Shown here: positions 1 to 12,379 of the stretch, one piece after another
How the letters are laid out: every line of letters starts with the position of its first letter
Numbering within the stretch: position 1 is the stretch's first letter
From: Eledone cirrhosa
Lineage: Eukaryota
Assembly: GCA_964016885.1 (NCBI GenBank)
Contig: OZ024743.1
Span: 150,846,001 to 150,910,000, forward strand
Reading direction: 5' to 3'
Length of the DNA stretch: 64,000 bases
Position numbers and translations under genes: made by a program
Notes under the pieces: generated by a model
Told to the model about the DNA's origin: nothing
The model's database searches: none
What the model saw: the letters and a program-made list of their open reading frames with translations, nothing else

Positions 1-742
1 TGACAAGAGGAGTAAACCTCAATAAAACTCCTGCTTGTCTCATAGTAGTAAGAAGTAGCTCTTGCGATGATCATCAGTTTAATTAGATGACTTCCGTGTT
101 GTGAACACCAATGGCTTCACAGATGATCAACTATTAATTTGACAATGAGTTGGCACAAGTGTTCAAGTTAGCAGAGAAATCTATGAGTATGCAAGTGTGG
201 CAAGCCATATATATTCTAACCATTAGAAAAAGCAAAATGAATGCTTCACCTTCTAAAGAGGGCTGACTGAAGAAGAAGAGAAGAAAAATAGCCAACTAGT
301 TACAATTTGGTATTCGTAGCAACCCTTACCTATTGTACTGACCGAAAGAATATGATCACGAATACGAGTGTCTGAAATGGGGTTCCTCCAAAGGGTCTTT
401 GGAGTAATGTTACTTGATAGAGTGCATAGCTCGGAGATCATAGAGTCACTCCAAGTAGAGCCACTACTTCTCCGGATTAGCAGATCACAGCTCTGATACT
501 ATGGCCACATGGTTAGGATGCCTCAGGAAAGAATCACTAGGCAGATTTTATGGGCAAAACCAACTGGCAGGAGACCCAGGGGTAGACCCCAAGCAAGATG
601 GTTGGATAACTTCCATGAGCTTGGCTGGTCTTGCTTGAGAATCCAGCTTGATCAGTTGGAGACGGTTGCTTCTGACAGGACCCACTGGAAGGAGTGTTTG
701 AGGACTCAGCCCCCACGACCCTCTCAAGAAGAAGAAGAAGAA
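1..742 (+). mobile_element. RTE-clade LINE, 3' fragment (decayed RT C-terminus, (GAA)n tail)
   Basis: ORF 509-799 has GHMVRMPQERITRQILWAKPTGRRPRGRPQARWLD, typical of the RTE C-terminus; GAA repeats at ~727-742. Confidence 0.7.
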
Positions 743-2765
743 AGACAAGGATTCCTGAAAACATTTGTGCTTCATCAAGCTCTAAAAGAAGAGGATTAAT
801 AATAAATATAATCAAAACATTACAACAAAGAGGAATATTTTAATGGAGGCAATAACTTTATATGCTTTGTGTGGATTTCTAGAAAGAATCAAGTTTACAC
901 CAGTACTATCACTATCAAGTTCCCATTTATCTACAAAGTCCTTCAAAATCATTAAAAAATACAAAAAAAGAAATGAAATAGCCAAATGAAAAATACCTAT
1001 CACGTTCTACTGTCTTAAAAAAGGAAAGATATATTGGATAATTTATTCTACAGTAAAAAGAATGTATGGGACGGTCATCATAAGAATGTTGTTAATCATA
1101 GGCTCACTGGATAAGGCCTGATCTGGTGCTAAACAACCCATATGACAAAAATTGTTCTGGATTTCATTAAAATATATACTGGTCACAATTATCCTATCAT
1201 TATAAACGTTAACCTGAATCAATTTTTTAATATATATTCCGCTAAATTCAGCAGTAGATAATGTTTTTAATGTTTACTGAAACAAATAAGTAACAACATA
1301 CTGTATGCGTTTGTGTGTATGTGTGTGTGTGCATTTGTTTGGTTTATATGTGTGAAGTTCTATTACTTGCATAATTACATCATCCACTTCCATTTTACAG
1401 TTAAGTGATCAAGTGCCTAGCAGAAGAATGAAGATGTAACTGTAAAATTAGTTTGAAAATATCTAAATTTGCAGAGATCATCTATGTCTCGCAGATATAT
1501 CAAAGAACTGACATAAACCGTAGCATGTGGGTGTATGTTTGAATATATCTGACTACATATACATATTCAAAGTGATTTCTATTTTTAAAACACTATAGAG
1601 AAATAAAACTAATTCCAAAGTATTAAGAAAAATAGAAAATCTAAGAAGAAGATGTCTATAAAATAAATAATTTCTACAGCATATCAACATAGAATGTTAA
1701 GAATATGGAAGAACAGATTGTAGATTACAATTAAAGTTATTAAAAAACAATTTGTAGACATAAATTAAACCAAAAATCATTAAATTCTTTGTAATTAAAA
1801 TGAGAATATATATTAGCCTACATTCTTTAACAATCAAAAAAATTTTTTTCTGTCAATAACTATTTATCTTCCTAATTCAATACAAACAACATATTATATG
1901 CTTTAGTAGATATAAAATTTCAATATAAGTTATACAATATGTTGCATGAATAAGTATTGACAATTGCTAAAAAAAAATTTTTATCACTAATTATAATAAT
2001 AATTAATCAAAATAATTTCATCTTTATATATTTTTAGTTTTCTGCAATGGGAAAACGGTGACTGGACGAAATTATTTTGATTAATTATTATAATTAATGA
2101 TTTTTCCTTTCAATCATTTGTAGAAAATTGTCATTTATCATTTTTTATTATTATTTTCTAAAGATTTCATATAAACATATTTTACGTTTCTATTTCAAAT
2201 GTATTGCAAATCTTACTTCATTATGATTGAAATATCAGTCATAAAAAATGAAAACAAAACTGAAGCAACAATTTGTTATTGTATAACCCAAGGTCAGCTA
2301 TGATAAAATAAACGTACATATGGCACATGTGTAGTTGACTGAATAACTAGGTAAAACACAGAGATCAGATTATACAATTCTGCTGACTATCAGAGTAATA
2401 CACCACACATTCTAACAATCACAATCTTACACTACAAACAGAAATAAACTACAAAGAACACAAAATACTTTAAATCAGCTCAGGTTGTATTGGTTGTATG
2501 TAGACTTCACCCACAAACCACAAATCAATGAAACAAATATACTAAAATTGAAAGATCCCTTTGGACATGCATTGGATATAATTTGTTGCCTCATCAAGCT
2601 CCAGATATTACAAAAGAAAAAAAGAAGTATTGTTATATAACAAAGATGATCTTTTTTCATTATGAGATTGATACCTGAGCTTTACTAAGTAAGGCATTAA
2701 TATTCTGAAAGTTACTATTATATAAATTTATCTAAGGTGTTCGCTCCAACATAGCTGTATACATA

Positions 2766-3021
2766 TAAGTATGTGTATTTTGTATATTGAACAATATACA
2801 GTATGTTTACAAATAAACATTTGAAAGCCTTTAGCTATGAACTTTGGAAGCTGGTGGTGAAGCACCACTTAGTGAGTTCCAGCAGAAGCAAGGGGAAATT
2901 ACCAACAGCTATATATGATATATGGTCATTCACCAGCTTCCAAAATTCATAGCTAAATGCTTTCAAATGCTTACTTGTAAACATACCATGTATCATTCGA
3001 TATACAAAATAGTTATACTCA
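2766..3021. repeat. Foldback inverted repeat, ~92-bp imperfect arms (2766-2857 / ~2930-3021)
   Basis: ...catttgaaagcctttagctatgaactttggaagctggtg is the imperfect reverse complement of caccagcttccaaaattcatagctaaatgctttcaaatg... Confidence 0.8.
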
Positions 3022-3501
3022 TAAATTTACCTTCTTTGACAGGTATATAAAAGCTTTGAAATATGAAATTTAGTAAATAGCCACACACATTAATAGCTAG
3101 GTTTCCACTCAAGGATTTTAATTTAATATTGCAATTCATGAAACATTTCATTTTATCTGCAAAAAGAAGAGCTGTGTTTGATATGAAACTTAAACTAAAA
3201 ATGATTTGTTGATTGATTTATTCATTATTTAATGTGAAAAAGAAAAGCAAGTAAAAGATGAAAAATATTTTATTTTATTATTTTAAAGTGATTCAATACT
3301 ATATTGTGTTGATTATATATTTAAATCTAAATATCATATGTTATATTTCTTCTAAATCTATATCTTTAAAAAGGCCACATTTTGGGCTTCATCAATATAG
3401 TCAATTGCCATTTTCAAGTAGTATATTTAAGTAGTTATTGTCTTCATTCTAAATCAGGCAGAAAGAGGTAAAGTAAGATAGGAAACACAAAAAGGCAGAA
3501 T

Positions 3502-3513
3502 TATATATATATA

Positions 3514-3595
<82 letters not shown>
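3502..3595. repeat. (TA)n microsatellite
   Basis: Seen directly. Confidence 0.95.
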
Positions 3596-3597
<2 letters not shown>

Positions 3598-4507
3598 TTT
3601 CTGAATTTGTTTAGCAAGATTCTTTATCTGAAAACGTGTGTTGAAACCGATATTGTTATGCTTTGGAGGGTCATGTTGCCAATAAGAAACACACGCACCA
3701 GTTGCTTTTACTCCAATTTATTATTATTAAGAATTTATTATTATTAAGAATTTATAAATTTCCGGTTGGTTGGTTGGTTCCATAACCGGATGGTTGTTCA
3801 TATATTGTCAAAGTTCTTTCGTCACACATTCTGTGACCTTTTCAGTGACTGGGGATTCTTGTCTTTGTTTTTGTGCCTCTCCTTTGTTCTGTGTGTGTTT
3901 TTGTGTGTGTTGCGTGCTTAGTTTGCGCATGTGTTACATCCGGGTGTCTGTGTGTGTTTATATTTGTTTATTTATTTGTTTATTTACATGTTACTGGTTT
4001 ATTGTTTGTTCCATGTGAGTGTGTGTTTTCATTTTGTCCTTAATTGTAAGTTGTGATGTTGCTATTCCATTCATGTTTTCTATTTAATTTTGGTTGGATC
4101 ATTTGTGTTTATTGCCTCTGTGATTTGTCTAAACATTGCGTCTTTTCTGTGTGTAGATTCTATTTTTATTTCTATGTTCTCTAATTTGCCCTTATGTTCT
4201 ATTTTAGCATGTTGGTGGAGTATTGATGATTCTTTTTTATCTTGAAGTTCTCGCCAGTGTTCATTTAACCGTTCTCCTATACTAGAGCTGTCTCACCTAT
4301 GTACACTATATTCTTATCTTTACATTGTCCTTCAGTACATCTTATGCTATATACTACATTTCTAGTTTTACAGTTAATATGGGGGCTTAGTTTACAGATT
4401 ATGCATTTCTTATCTATACAGGCTGGTCTTTGAAAAGGGTATGTATTGCTAATAAGTGTTTTTATGGAGGTACCTGGTCTTTCTACTATCTTAATATTAA
4501 GTTTATA
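3596..4507 (-). mobile_element. Penelope-like element, 5'-truncated: GIY-YIG endonuclease remnant plus 3' region
   Basis: Hand translation of the minus strand (with frameshifts): ERPGTSIKTLISNTYPFQRPACIDKKCIIC...CKTRNVVYSIRC...YIGETA..ERLNEH...SILHQH...MFRQITEA...NRKHEWN. Ends at (TA)n. Confidence 0.8.
3807..3849 (-). ncRNA. Degenerate type-I hammerhead ribozyme in a PLE 3' region
   Basis: Minus strand: gtca CTGAAAA(g) gtcaca-gaatg-tgtgac GAAA gaac TT tgac. Stems I and II are intact; the core deviates from CUGANGA. Confidence 0.5.
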
Positions 4508-4593
4508 TTATATATATATATACTGATTTGATAATTTATTATTAATTACTTAGAGAAATATATGTTACATATACATGATATTATATATATATA

Positions 4594-4918
4594 ACTCAAC
4601 ATATAGAGAGAAGTACACAAAGTGATATGTGTTTAATCATATGGGATCAACAACCACCAGAGTGACAAACATATTACCTACGGAAGGAATGGTGAATACA
4701 AATCAATAAAAGGAATATATTAAAGTGTACTAACCATCTGATTATAACAATAACAGGTGTATTGTTATAATCGGATGGTTAGTACACTTTGATATATTCT
4801 TTTTATTGATTTGTATTCACCATTCCTTCCGTAGGTACTACGTTTGTCACTCTGGTGGTTGTTGATCCCATATGATTAAACACATATCTCATTGTGTACT
4901 TCTCTCTATATGTTGAGT
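4594..4918. repeat. Near-perfect palindrome, ~159-bp arms with a 7-nt loop (4753-4759)
   Basis: actcaacatatagagagaagtacacaa...attataacaata ACAGGTG tattgttataat...ttgtgtacttctctctatatgttgagt. Confidence 0.9.
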
Positions 4919-4998
4919 ATAAAGAGCTCAGAATCTATTCCTTGAGCTAATTAAATTATGGGGGTTTAATGTGAGTTTTTAACTCTATTTGTTAATTT

Positions 4999-5029
<31 letters not shown>

Positions 5030-5055
5030 GTGTGTGTGTGTCTATGTGTAGTAAT

Positions 5056-8000
5056 AATGACTACAAAGACCAAAATCCCCAGAGGACTTGATATATGAAA
5101 CTTCAGAGCTGCAAACATCAAAGGTAGGTCAGGTGAGATTGTGGAGATGCTTGAGCAAAAAAAGTTGATGTGTGTTGTATACAAAAAACAGGGAGAGGAG
5201 AAATTTTCAGACTCCTAGTAGGCAGAAAACAACATTTGTATTTTTCTGGAAAGGTAACAACAGAGGGCTAGGTGGAGTGAGTATTATGCTAGCAGAAAAT
5301 TGCAGTAAATAAAATAAATGACAGAATCACTACACTTCAGCTCATCCTAAATAGAACAACAGTAACAATCATGTTGGTTTATGCATCCCAATCTGGACTG
5401 CCAGAGGAACAAAAGGATATATTCTATGAATTCCAATTAAGTGCACGCCCCCCCCCCCCCTCCCCCAACCGGATATGATGACCTCACCATTATTGCAGAC
5501 AACTTCAACGGAGATGTGGGGAGACAAAGTGACAAATACTATGGGGTCCATGAAAGTTTCAGGTTTGGCACAATAAATGAGGAAGGACTGAGACTCCTGG
5601 AATTCTGTGATGCCAGCGAACTGACAATCTGCAGCACAAACCAGCAAACCAACTGATCACCTATAGTTCAGGTGAGCACACCAGCCGAGTTGACTATATC
5701 CTACAAAAAGACTAGATAGAGCAATGGTCGTAAACACAAAACATATCCTGGGTGAGGAATGCACCTCCCAACATAACCTAGTAGTCAGTACCTTTAGAGT
5801 CAGAACCAGTCAGACCCAGAGACAGAAGGCAACCTGGTGGAGAAGGATATGGAAGCTGATGGAGCCCTCAGCTTCTAACAAATTTAAGAGAATCTTGCTT
5901 GATGCTTTTGACAGTAAGGAAATAGAAATAGAGATGTACAGTGGGAGTTCCTGAAAGATAACCTGCTGACAATGACAAACAAGATCTGCAGATGGAGCAA
6001 GGCCCCAGGGAGAAGTAGAGTCACCTAGTGGTGGAATAGTAAGGTGAATGTGACAAGGAAGACCAAAAGACGCAGGGATAAAATGGAAAAATGGAGGTAG
6101 CAGGTACTTTATGATGAAGCTAGGATAGAGGTTAGGTGGCAAGTATACCTGGAAAGAAGCAGAAAAGGAAAGGTTTAAGCATGTTTTACAATATGGGGTG
6201 CAAAAGCAAGAGGTGTTCAAGATTGCAAGGTAATGTGTCAGGGAAAACCATGATGTTAACGGGGATAAATGCATCCATGATGACAATGGCACATTTGTCC
6301 TCACTGTTGCTGAAAAAAAATCAACATGGAAATGTCACTATGAGAGGCTGATGAATGAGGAAAACGCATGAGAAGAAAACAGCAAGCCCTAAGCATACTC
6401 AACAGAAGGCTCAGCTATACAAGTAAGCAGCAGCCTAGTAAGTAAGGCAATTAAGAACATGAAGATGGGAAAAGCAGCTGGACCATTGGGAATAGATACT
6501 GAGATGTTAAAAGATTTGGGATAGTAGGGCACACCATAACCACCTTTATTGTAAACCAAGTAATACAGAATGGTGTTATTCCTAATGACTGGCATAGAAT
6601 CATCATTGTCAACTGTTACAAGGGAAAAGGAGTTGCCCTAGAGAGAAGTAACTACAGAGGTATCAAGCTGATTGACCAGGTCATGAAAGTTACAGGAAGA
6701 GTCATCGCATAACTGATTACAGATCGTATACACCTAGATGGGATGCAGTTTGGTTTTGTACCAGGAAGAAGTACCATTGAGGCCCTCACCTTTTAAATCA
6801 AATATAGAAGAAGTACTTGGCTAAAAGCAAGCCACTCTACGTAGCATTCATGGACCTAGAAAAAGCTTTTGATAAAGTCGCCTGATCCATAATCTGGTGA
6901 GCCCTCAGAAAACTAGGGGTATATGAGTTCCTCATGAGAGCAGTACAAGCCATGCACAGTGGAGCCGCCAGCAAAGTTAAAATCAATAATGAGTACAGTG
7001 AGGAATTCAGTTGAGTACAGTGAGGAATTCAGTGTACAAGTAGGGGTCCACCAGGGCTCTCTCTTAGACCCCCTCATCTTCATTATTGTCCTACAGGCTA
7101 TAACAGAGGAATTTAAGACTGGTTACCCATGGGAACTCCTATATGCCAATGATCTGACCTTCATAGCTGAATATATGATGGAATTAGAGAAGAAATTTCT
7201 GACCTGGAGGCACAGCTTGGAAATAAAAACTTTAAAGAGCCCTACTCAGTGTGCAAGAAAGGTGTAGATAGAAACTCAATCCTGTGTGCGAAATCCAAAT
7301 TGAGAGTACACAGGCGGTGTAGTGGGAAATTAAGCAGACTAGCAAAAAACACAGACTTCACATATGGACGTTGCACAGGGGTAGTAAGCAAAGACCCTCA
7401 TGGGAACAAGCTCCTTTAAATGCATAGAGGACGCCATAGAAATAGTTGATAGCTTCTGCTGCCTAGGTAACCAAATCAACAGTGGTGGAGGTTGCAAAAA
7501 AATAAATCTTTCTGCTAGTATGATGTTTGTGGGATAAAACAAACAGCACAAACAGAAGGACGAAAGAAAACAAAGAGAAGAAAATAATGGGATAGTGGAC
7601 CTCAAGTTGTGGTGTCTGTCCTAAATAGAAAGTTAGTCATAGCTATGATAAAGTTAAAACAATTTTCTTTCCTTTCTTTTCTTTCGTCCTTCTGTTTTTG
7701 TTGTTTGTTTTTTCACACACACATGTAACTAGCAAAAATATTTATTTTTCTGTCGTATAATCCAGCATTTTAAAATGATACTCTCAATTAAACCGTTTTG
7801 CTGGTTTGAGAGCTGATGAGGGTGAAGATGTGTATGTGTAAACCTGTCTTGTACATCACTTTTTTTTTGTTTCCTTCTTCCAGTCACTTTTGTGTGCCAA
7901 CCCACTTCTCCTCGTCGTCTTCCTCTTTCAATCTTTTCTATATTTCATCTGCTTATCACCCACCTTGTAGATTGTCTCCCTGTTGATCACTAGCTGCTGG

Positions 8001-8368
8001 TCTCTGTCCTCTGAGGTATTTTTGCCCAAGTTCCAGCTCTGGAAACAGAATTTGGAACCAAAAGGTCTGAGAAGATAGGGTCCTGATTTCATCAGGAAAG
8101 TGGCCCTACTCAATATGTAGAAAAAGATTAAGCATTAACTCTATAAGATGTACACAATGAAAGGAAGCTGCAGTAGGAGTAGACCAAAAAAGACCTGAGA
8201 AGAGGTGGTGAGAGTTGATCTCAAATCACTGAGACTCACAGAGGAGATGTTGAAGGAACAAAGCGAATGGAGGGATGATGTGCTGAAAAGGACACATTCA
8301 ACCAATGCAAGAGTGAAAATGCGGATGTAAAAATGATGATGAGGATGAGGATGAGGAGGATGACGATG
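5056..8368 (+). mobile_element. RTE-clade LINE, near full-length, heavily decayed (APE + RT), interrupted at ~7497-8115
   Basis: APE remnants (ADNFNGDVG, FGTINEEGLRLLEFC), RT remnants (GVHQGSLLDPLIF, WELLYANDL), (GAT)n tail at ~8333-8368. Confidence 0.85.
7497..7749. repeat. Imperfect inverted repeat (7497-7587 / 7660-7749) at the start of an insertion into the RTE
   Basis: aaaaataaatctttctgctagt...cagaaggacgaaagaaaa vs ttttctttcgtccttctg...actagcaaaaatatttattttt. Confidence 0.7.
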
Positions 8369-11234
8369 TGTGTGTGTGTCTTGATTTACTCAATTCATTT
8401 ATTCTTTATTTTATTTGTTAAGACTAATTCAGTCAATGTATTTAAGCCTTACTTTTGATATCAGTCACTTTGCACTGTTTGCATATCCCATAAAGGCAAG
8501 CTAGGTATGGACACAAACACAGTAATTTCATGTAGATTTGTGGTAATTTACTCTCATAGTAAACCATTGGTTATGGCATGTCTGACAGAAACTTACATAA
8601 GAATATCATGTGCCTGTGTACCCAGTTTACTCATATGGCACACACAAATGCTCCAAATTTGTTAATACTCGGATAAAAATGCTAAAACAGAATAGTTTCC
8701 AGACCACCTGAATTGAAATTTAAACTGTTACACATTTAACATCAAAGTAAAAAGATTATTCTTTGTAATGTACCACACTGTACTTTAATATCTTATCTGA
8801 CTATTAACTTAAAATGACACTGTCTGGTCCACATTCATACTATATATCTCTTTATTCCAATGATTCTTCAACAATTGAATCTGAGATAAAACTAAATAAT
8901 CTACAAAACTTCAAGGTTCTCTTCATTCCAATTCTTTGTATTATGAAAATAAACAAAGTTATACACAATAGTACAAGAAATATTTAATAAAAAACAGAAA
9001 TAATGATAACAATAAAATGATAATTTAAGTCTTCAAAATGAGCATTGCCATTTGTGAAAGATTTTTTCTTGGAACAACTAGAAGAATATCAATAGTCTTA
9101 AGCATTCAGAGTATTGAATTTCTATCTATAAATATAGGTTTTAATCTTCAGTACTTTATTGCATTTATCTGATTAAAAAATATTTTCAAAGAACAGAATG
9201 AAAATACCTAAAGTAAATCCATTCTCCAAATCTTTAGCTGTTTGGCAAATGAAATGATAAAAAAGAATCTACAATAAGATCACAAAATCATCATCTAGCC
9301 AGCATATCTGTAACAATAATCATCTTTTGTTTACTATTTCATAAATCACTACAGCTGGTATAACACAATAGAATAACTATATAATCAATTTCATGCACTT
9401 TCACCTCTCTTTTTCAATTCCATTTCCATCCACAAAGAGCTATACTTTATCCCTTTCAACATATACAAAATAAAAATTTGAAAAAATTTGAAATTTAGAA
9501 TCAGGAAATCAATGAAATAGAAAAATAAATGGATTAACTATAAAAATTGGTAAAATTGATAAAATAATGGATATTAAAGCTTCCAATTATTATATAATAT
9601 ATCTGGTAGTCTTTGATTTGGGATTTTAAATCTATTTTTGAAAAATAGTTAGAAAACAGACATTTTGATAAAAGTTAAAGATCTTTGTAGATTTTGTAAA
9701 AACCAGTCATATCAAAATTGATATTTGTAATTATTAGAACATTGGACATTTGGATAAACTTTATCTTTCCACCCTTAAACTCCAAACTTATTGGAAAAGC
9801 TTTCTCCGAACATTCTGTACTAGATGCAGGGAGAAATTCCATTCATTTCTGTAGTCAAATGGGAAATATTACCAGATATATTATGTATTCCTTTGACTCA
9901 GGAAAGATCAAGGAACATGAAAGTTCAGAAATATCCTAAATTTGTGTTGAAAATCTCATAAGTAGAATTTATTAGAACAGTAATAATTTTAGATTAATTA
10001 GGTTACAAATCATTCAAATACACTACATTTAAAATCATTCTATTGTTTAGTATAACTAAACAAGATATACTTCAAAATATGAATCTATGAAATCAATTGA
10101 TGTATATTGATTTCAGCAATTATTAGTATTGATCATAATACAAAAAGTTATGAAAAATGTAAAAGCAATTAATAATGTTGAAAACTAAAAACAAAAAAAA
10201 TAAACTCAAGCAATCATAAATATTGCTAAAATATACTATTATTATTTATAAAAAGATGTTATTTATCAAAACTATTTAAAAAAATACTTATAAAATATTC
10301 TTTACTTCAGATTAACACTTTTGTTGGCATAAGTTTGTAGTAAAATATATATGATTATAGAAATATTATATTTAGACATCTCTAACCATTTTTCTTTTTT
10401 GTAGAAGATTTTATTTTGACTATTTTCTATCCATTTTTACAAACATATATAAGTAATGGGTTTTGTAAATTTGGACACAGGAAAAATTATTTTGCAGATA
10501 TTTTTACTATTATAATTTGACTTTGATATAAAAGTAGCTCTTGTTTTCAATTAAACTTTTTCTGTATGATGACTGTTTTTTATATTCTTAAACACTTAGG
10601 TGACCATACATCAATAGTTATTACAACATTGCATCTACAATAATCAAACTTGAGATTGGGGATCCTTTGCCACTAAAATAATATGTTATGAATATAGTTT
10701 GATAATCACTATACACGGCTCACAAATGGATTTCTGACCCACTAATTGCTAAACAGTTTTTATTTCCTTTTGTAGTATTAAACTAACTAAATAATAATGA
10801 TTGTATTCAGAAAAAATGATATTGTTGTAATCAAATTTAAAATGGGGACAGGTGATGCCCACAAGCATGCTTGGTTATTCCAGCATCTTAGTCTCAATAT
10901 CACCCAAAGCAAGTCTACAAGTGTGTTGATGCCTCAAAATTTAGAGGAAAATTCAACTGCCTCTTGTTGTGGCATGTCATTGAGTATGCATGTCTTCTAC
11001 CACTGTTTTTTTTCCTCTTGTTTTAATACAAATTCTATTTGATTGTATGAATTCTATTGAAATATACTTTAACAAAGTTTAATCAATAGAAAATTTATAT
11101 ATATAAGCAGATAAAAAAAAAAAATTATATATCTAAAATTTATTTTCATAAGCAGAATTCTCCTTTAGTAAGGAGAGAAAGTATAAGTGCCCATATGCCA
11201 GTATATTATAAGGATCTTATTACTAATCCATGAA

Positions 11235-11443
11235 GGGCGGTGAATTGGCAGTATCGGTAGAGGATCTGACGCCATGCTTTGCAACAAAGAGTTACGGCCC
11301 TTTATGGTCTGAGTTCAAATCCTGCCGAGGTTAATTTTGCCTTTCATCCTTCGATAAAATAAAGTACCAGTCATGCACTGGGGTCGATTTAATCGACTTT
11401 CCCCTCCCTCCAAATTGTTGGCCTTGTGCCTATATAAGAAACC
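11235..11443 (+). mobile_element. tRNA-derived SINE (Nin/Deu-like core) with 19-bp TSD
   Basis: A-box-like tggcagtatcgg, B-box gagttcaaatcc, core gcctttcatcc...gataaaataaagtaccag; TSD cttattactaatccatgaa at 11216-11234 and 11444-11462. Confidence 0.85.
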
Positions 11444-12379
11444 CTTATTACTAATCCATGAATTATAGGATATATATTGATTACTGTAAAATACCTTGTA
11501 TATCTCTAAACCTTTTATGCCGTCACGATTAACATATAGGGCTAATATTTTTAAAGGTAATATTTGTGCGTATACTCACAGGTGTTCTTTAAATGTGTAA
11601 TTAAACGTATTTTTCAATAATGGGTAGAAATATACTCTCTTAACAGGAGGTTCAAAAACATGTTTCTATTTTTCAAACCATGAAGCTCAATGACACCATT
11701 CTATTAAGAAACTCAAATTGTACATACTGAGCATTTTTCAATTTTTAAATTAGCTTTCAATGTGTTAAACCATTTCAAGATAATAGCTCAGAATGTCAAT
11801 GACCCTTTAAAATCAATAAACACATCTGTTATGCCATACACACTCAATGAGTTTAACCAATCAACAAAACAGCTTCTACATAACGAAACACTAAAATCCT
11901 TATTGAATTTAGAAACTTCAATTTAGAATAACATGCCCATAGTAAAAACAAGATGGTAGCAGCTAAATTGACCAAACAAATGTTTTATTTAATCGGCCAA
12001 AAGGCCGATTAAAGCTACTCTAAAACAATCATTGAGTTTGTCTAGCGTAAATCCTTAATAACAAAATGATGTCTATGAAATTTGAAATACATCTGAATAT
12101 TATTTAGAAATGTTGAATTTCTTTACTATATTTGAATTATCCTCTTAGTTACTCTCTTTTCTTCTCTCCTTTCTTCTCCCCCTCTTTCCTTCTCACTCAT
12201 ACTGTCTATCTATCTGCCTATCTATCTTCCTCCTTCTGTCTCATACTCTGCTCTCTTGTATTCTATTTGCTTATATCTTTGTATTTCTAATAAAGTTTAA
12301 TTTGTAATGGTTAATATAGCAATATAGCTTCATTTTAAGCAAGATACCAGCTGGTCTGAGTGTGCTCTACCCACAATAA

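Noticed and set aside
11235-11320. tRNA genes at SINE heads
   Set aside because: A/B-box remnants only, no cloverleaf; they continue into SINE bodies with TSDs
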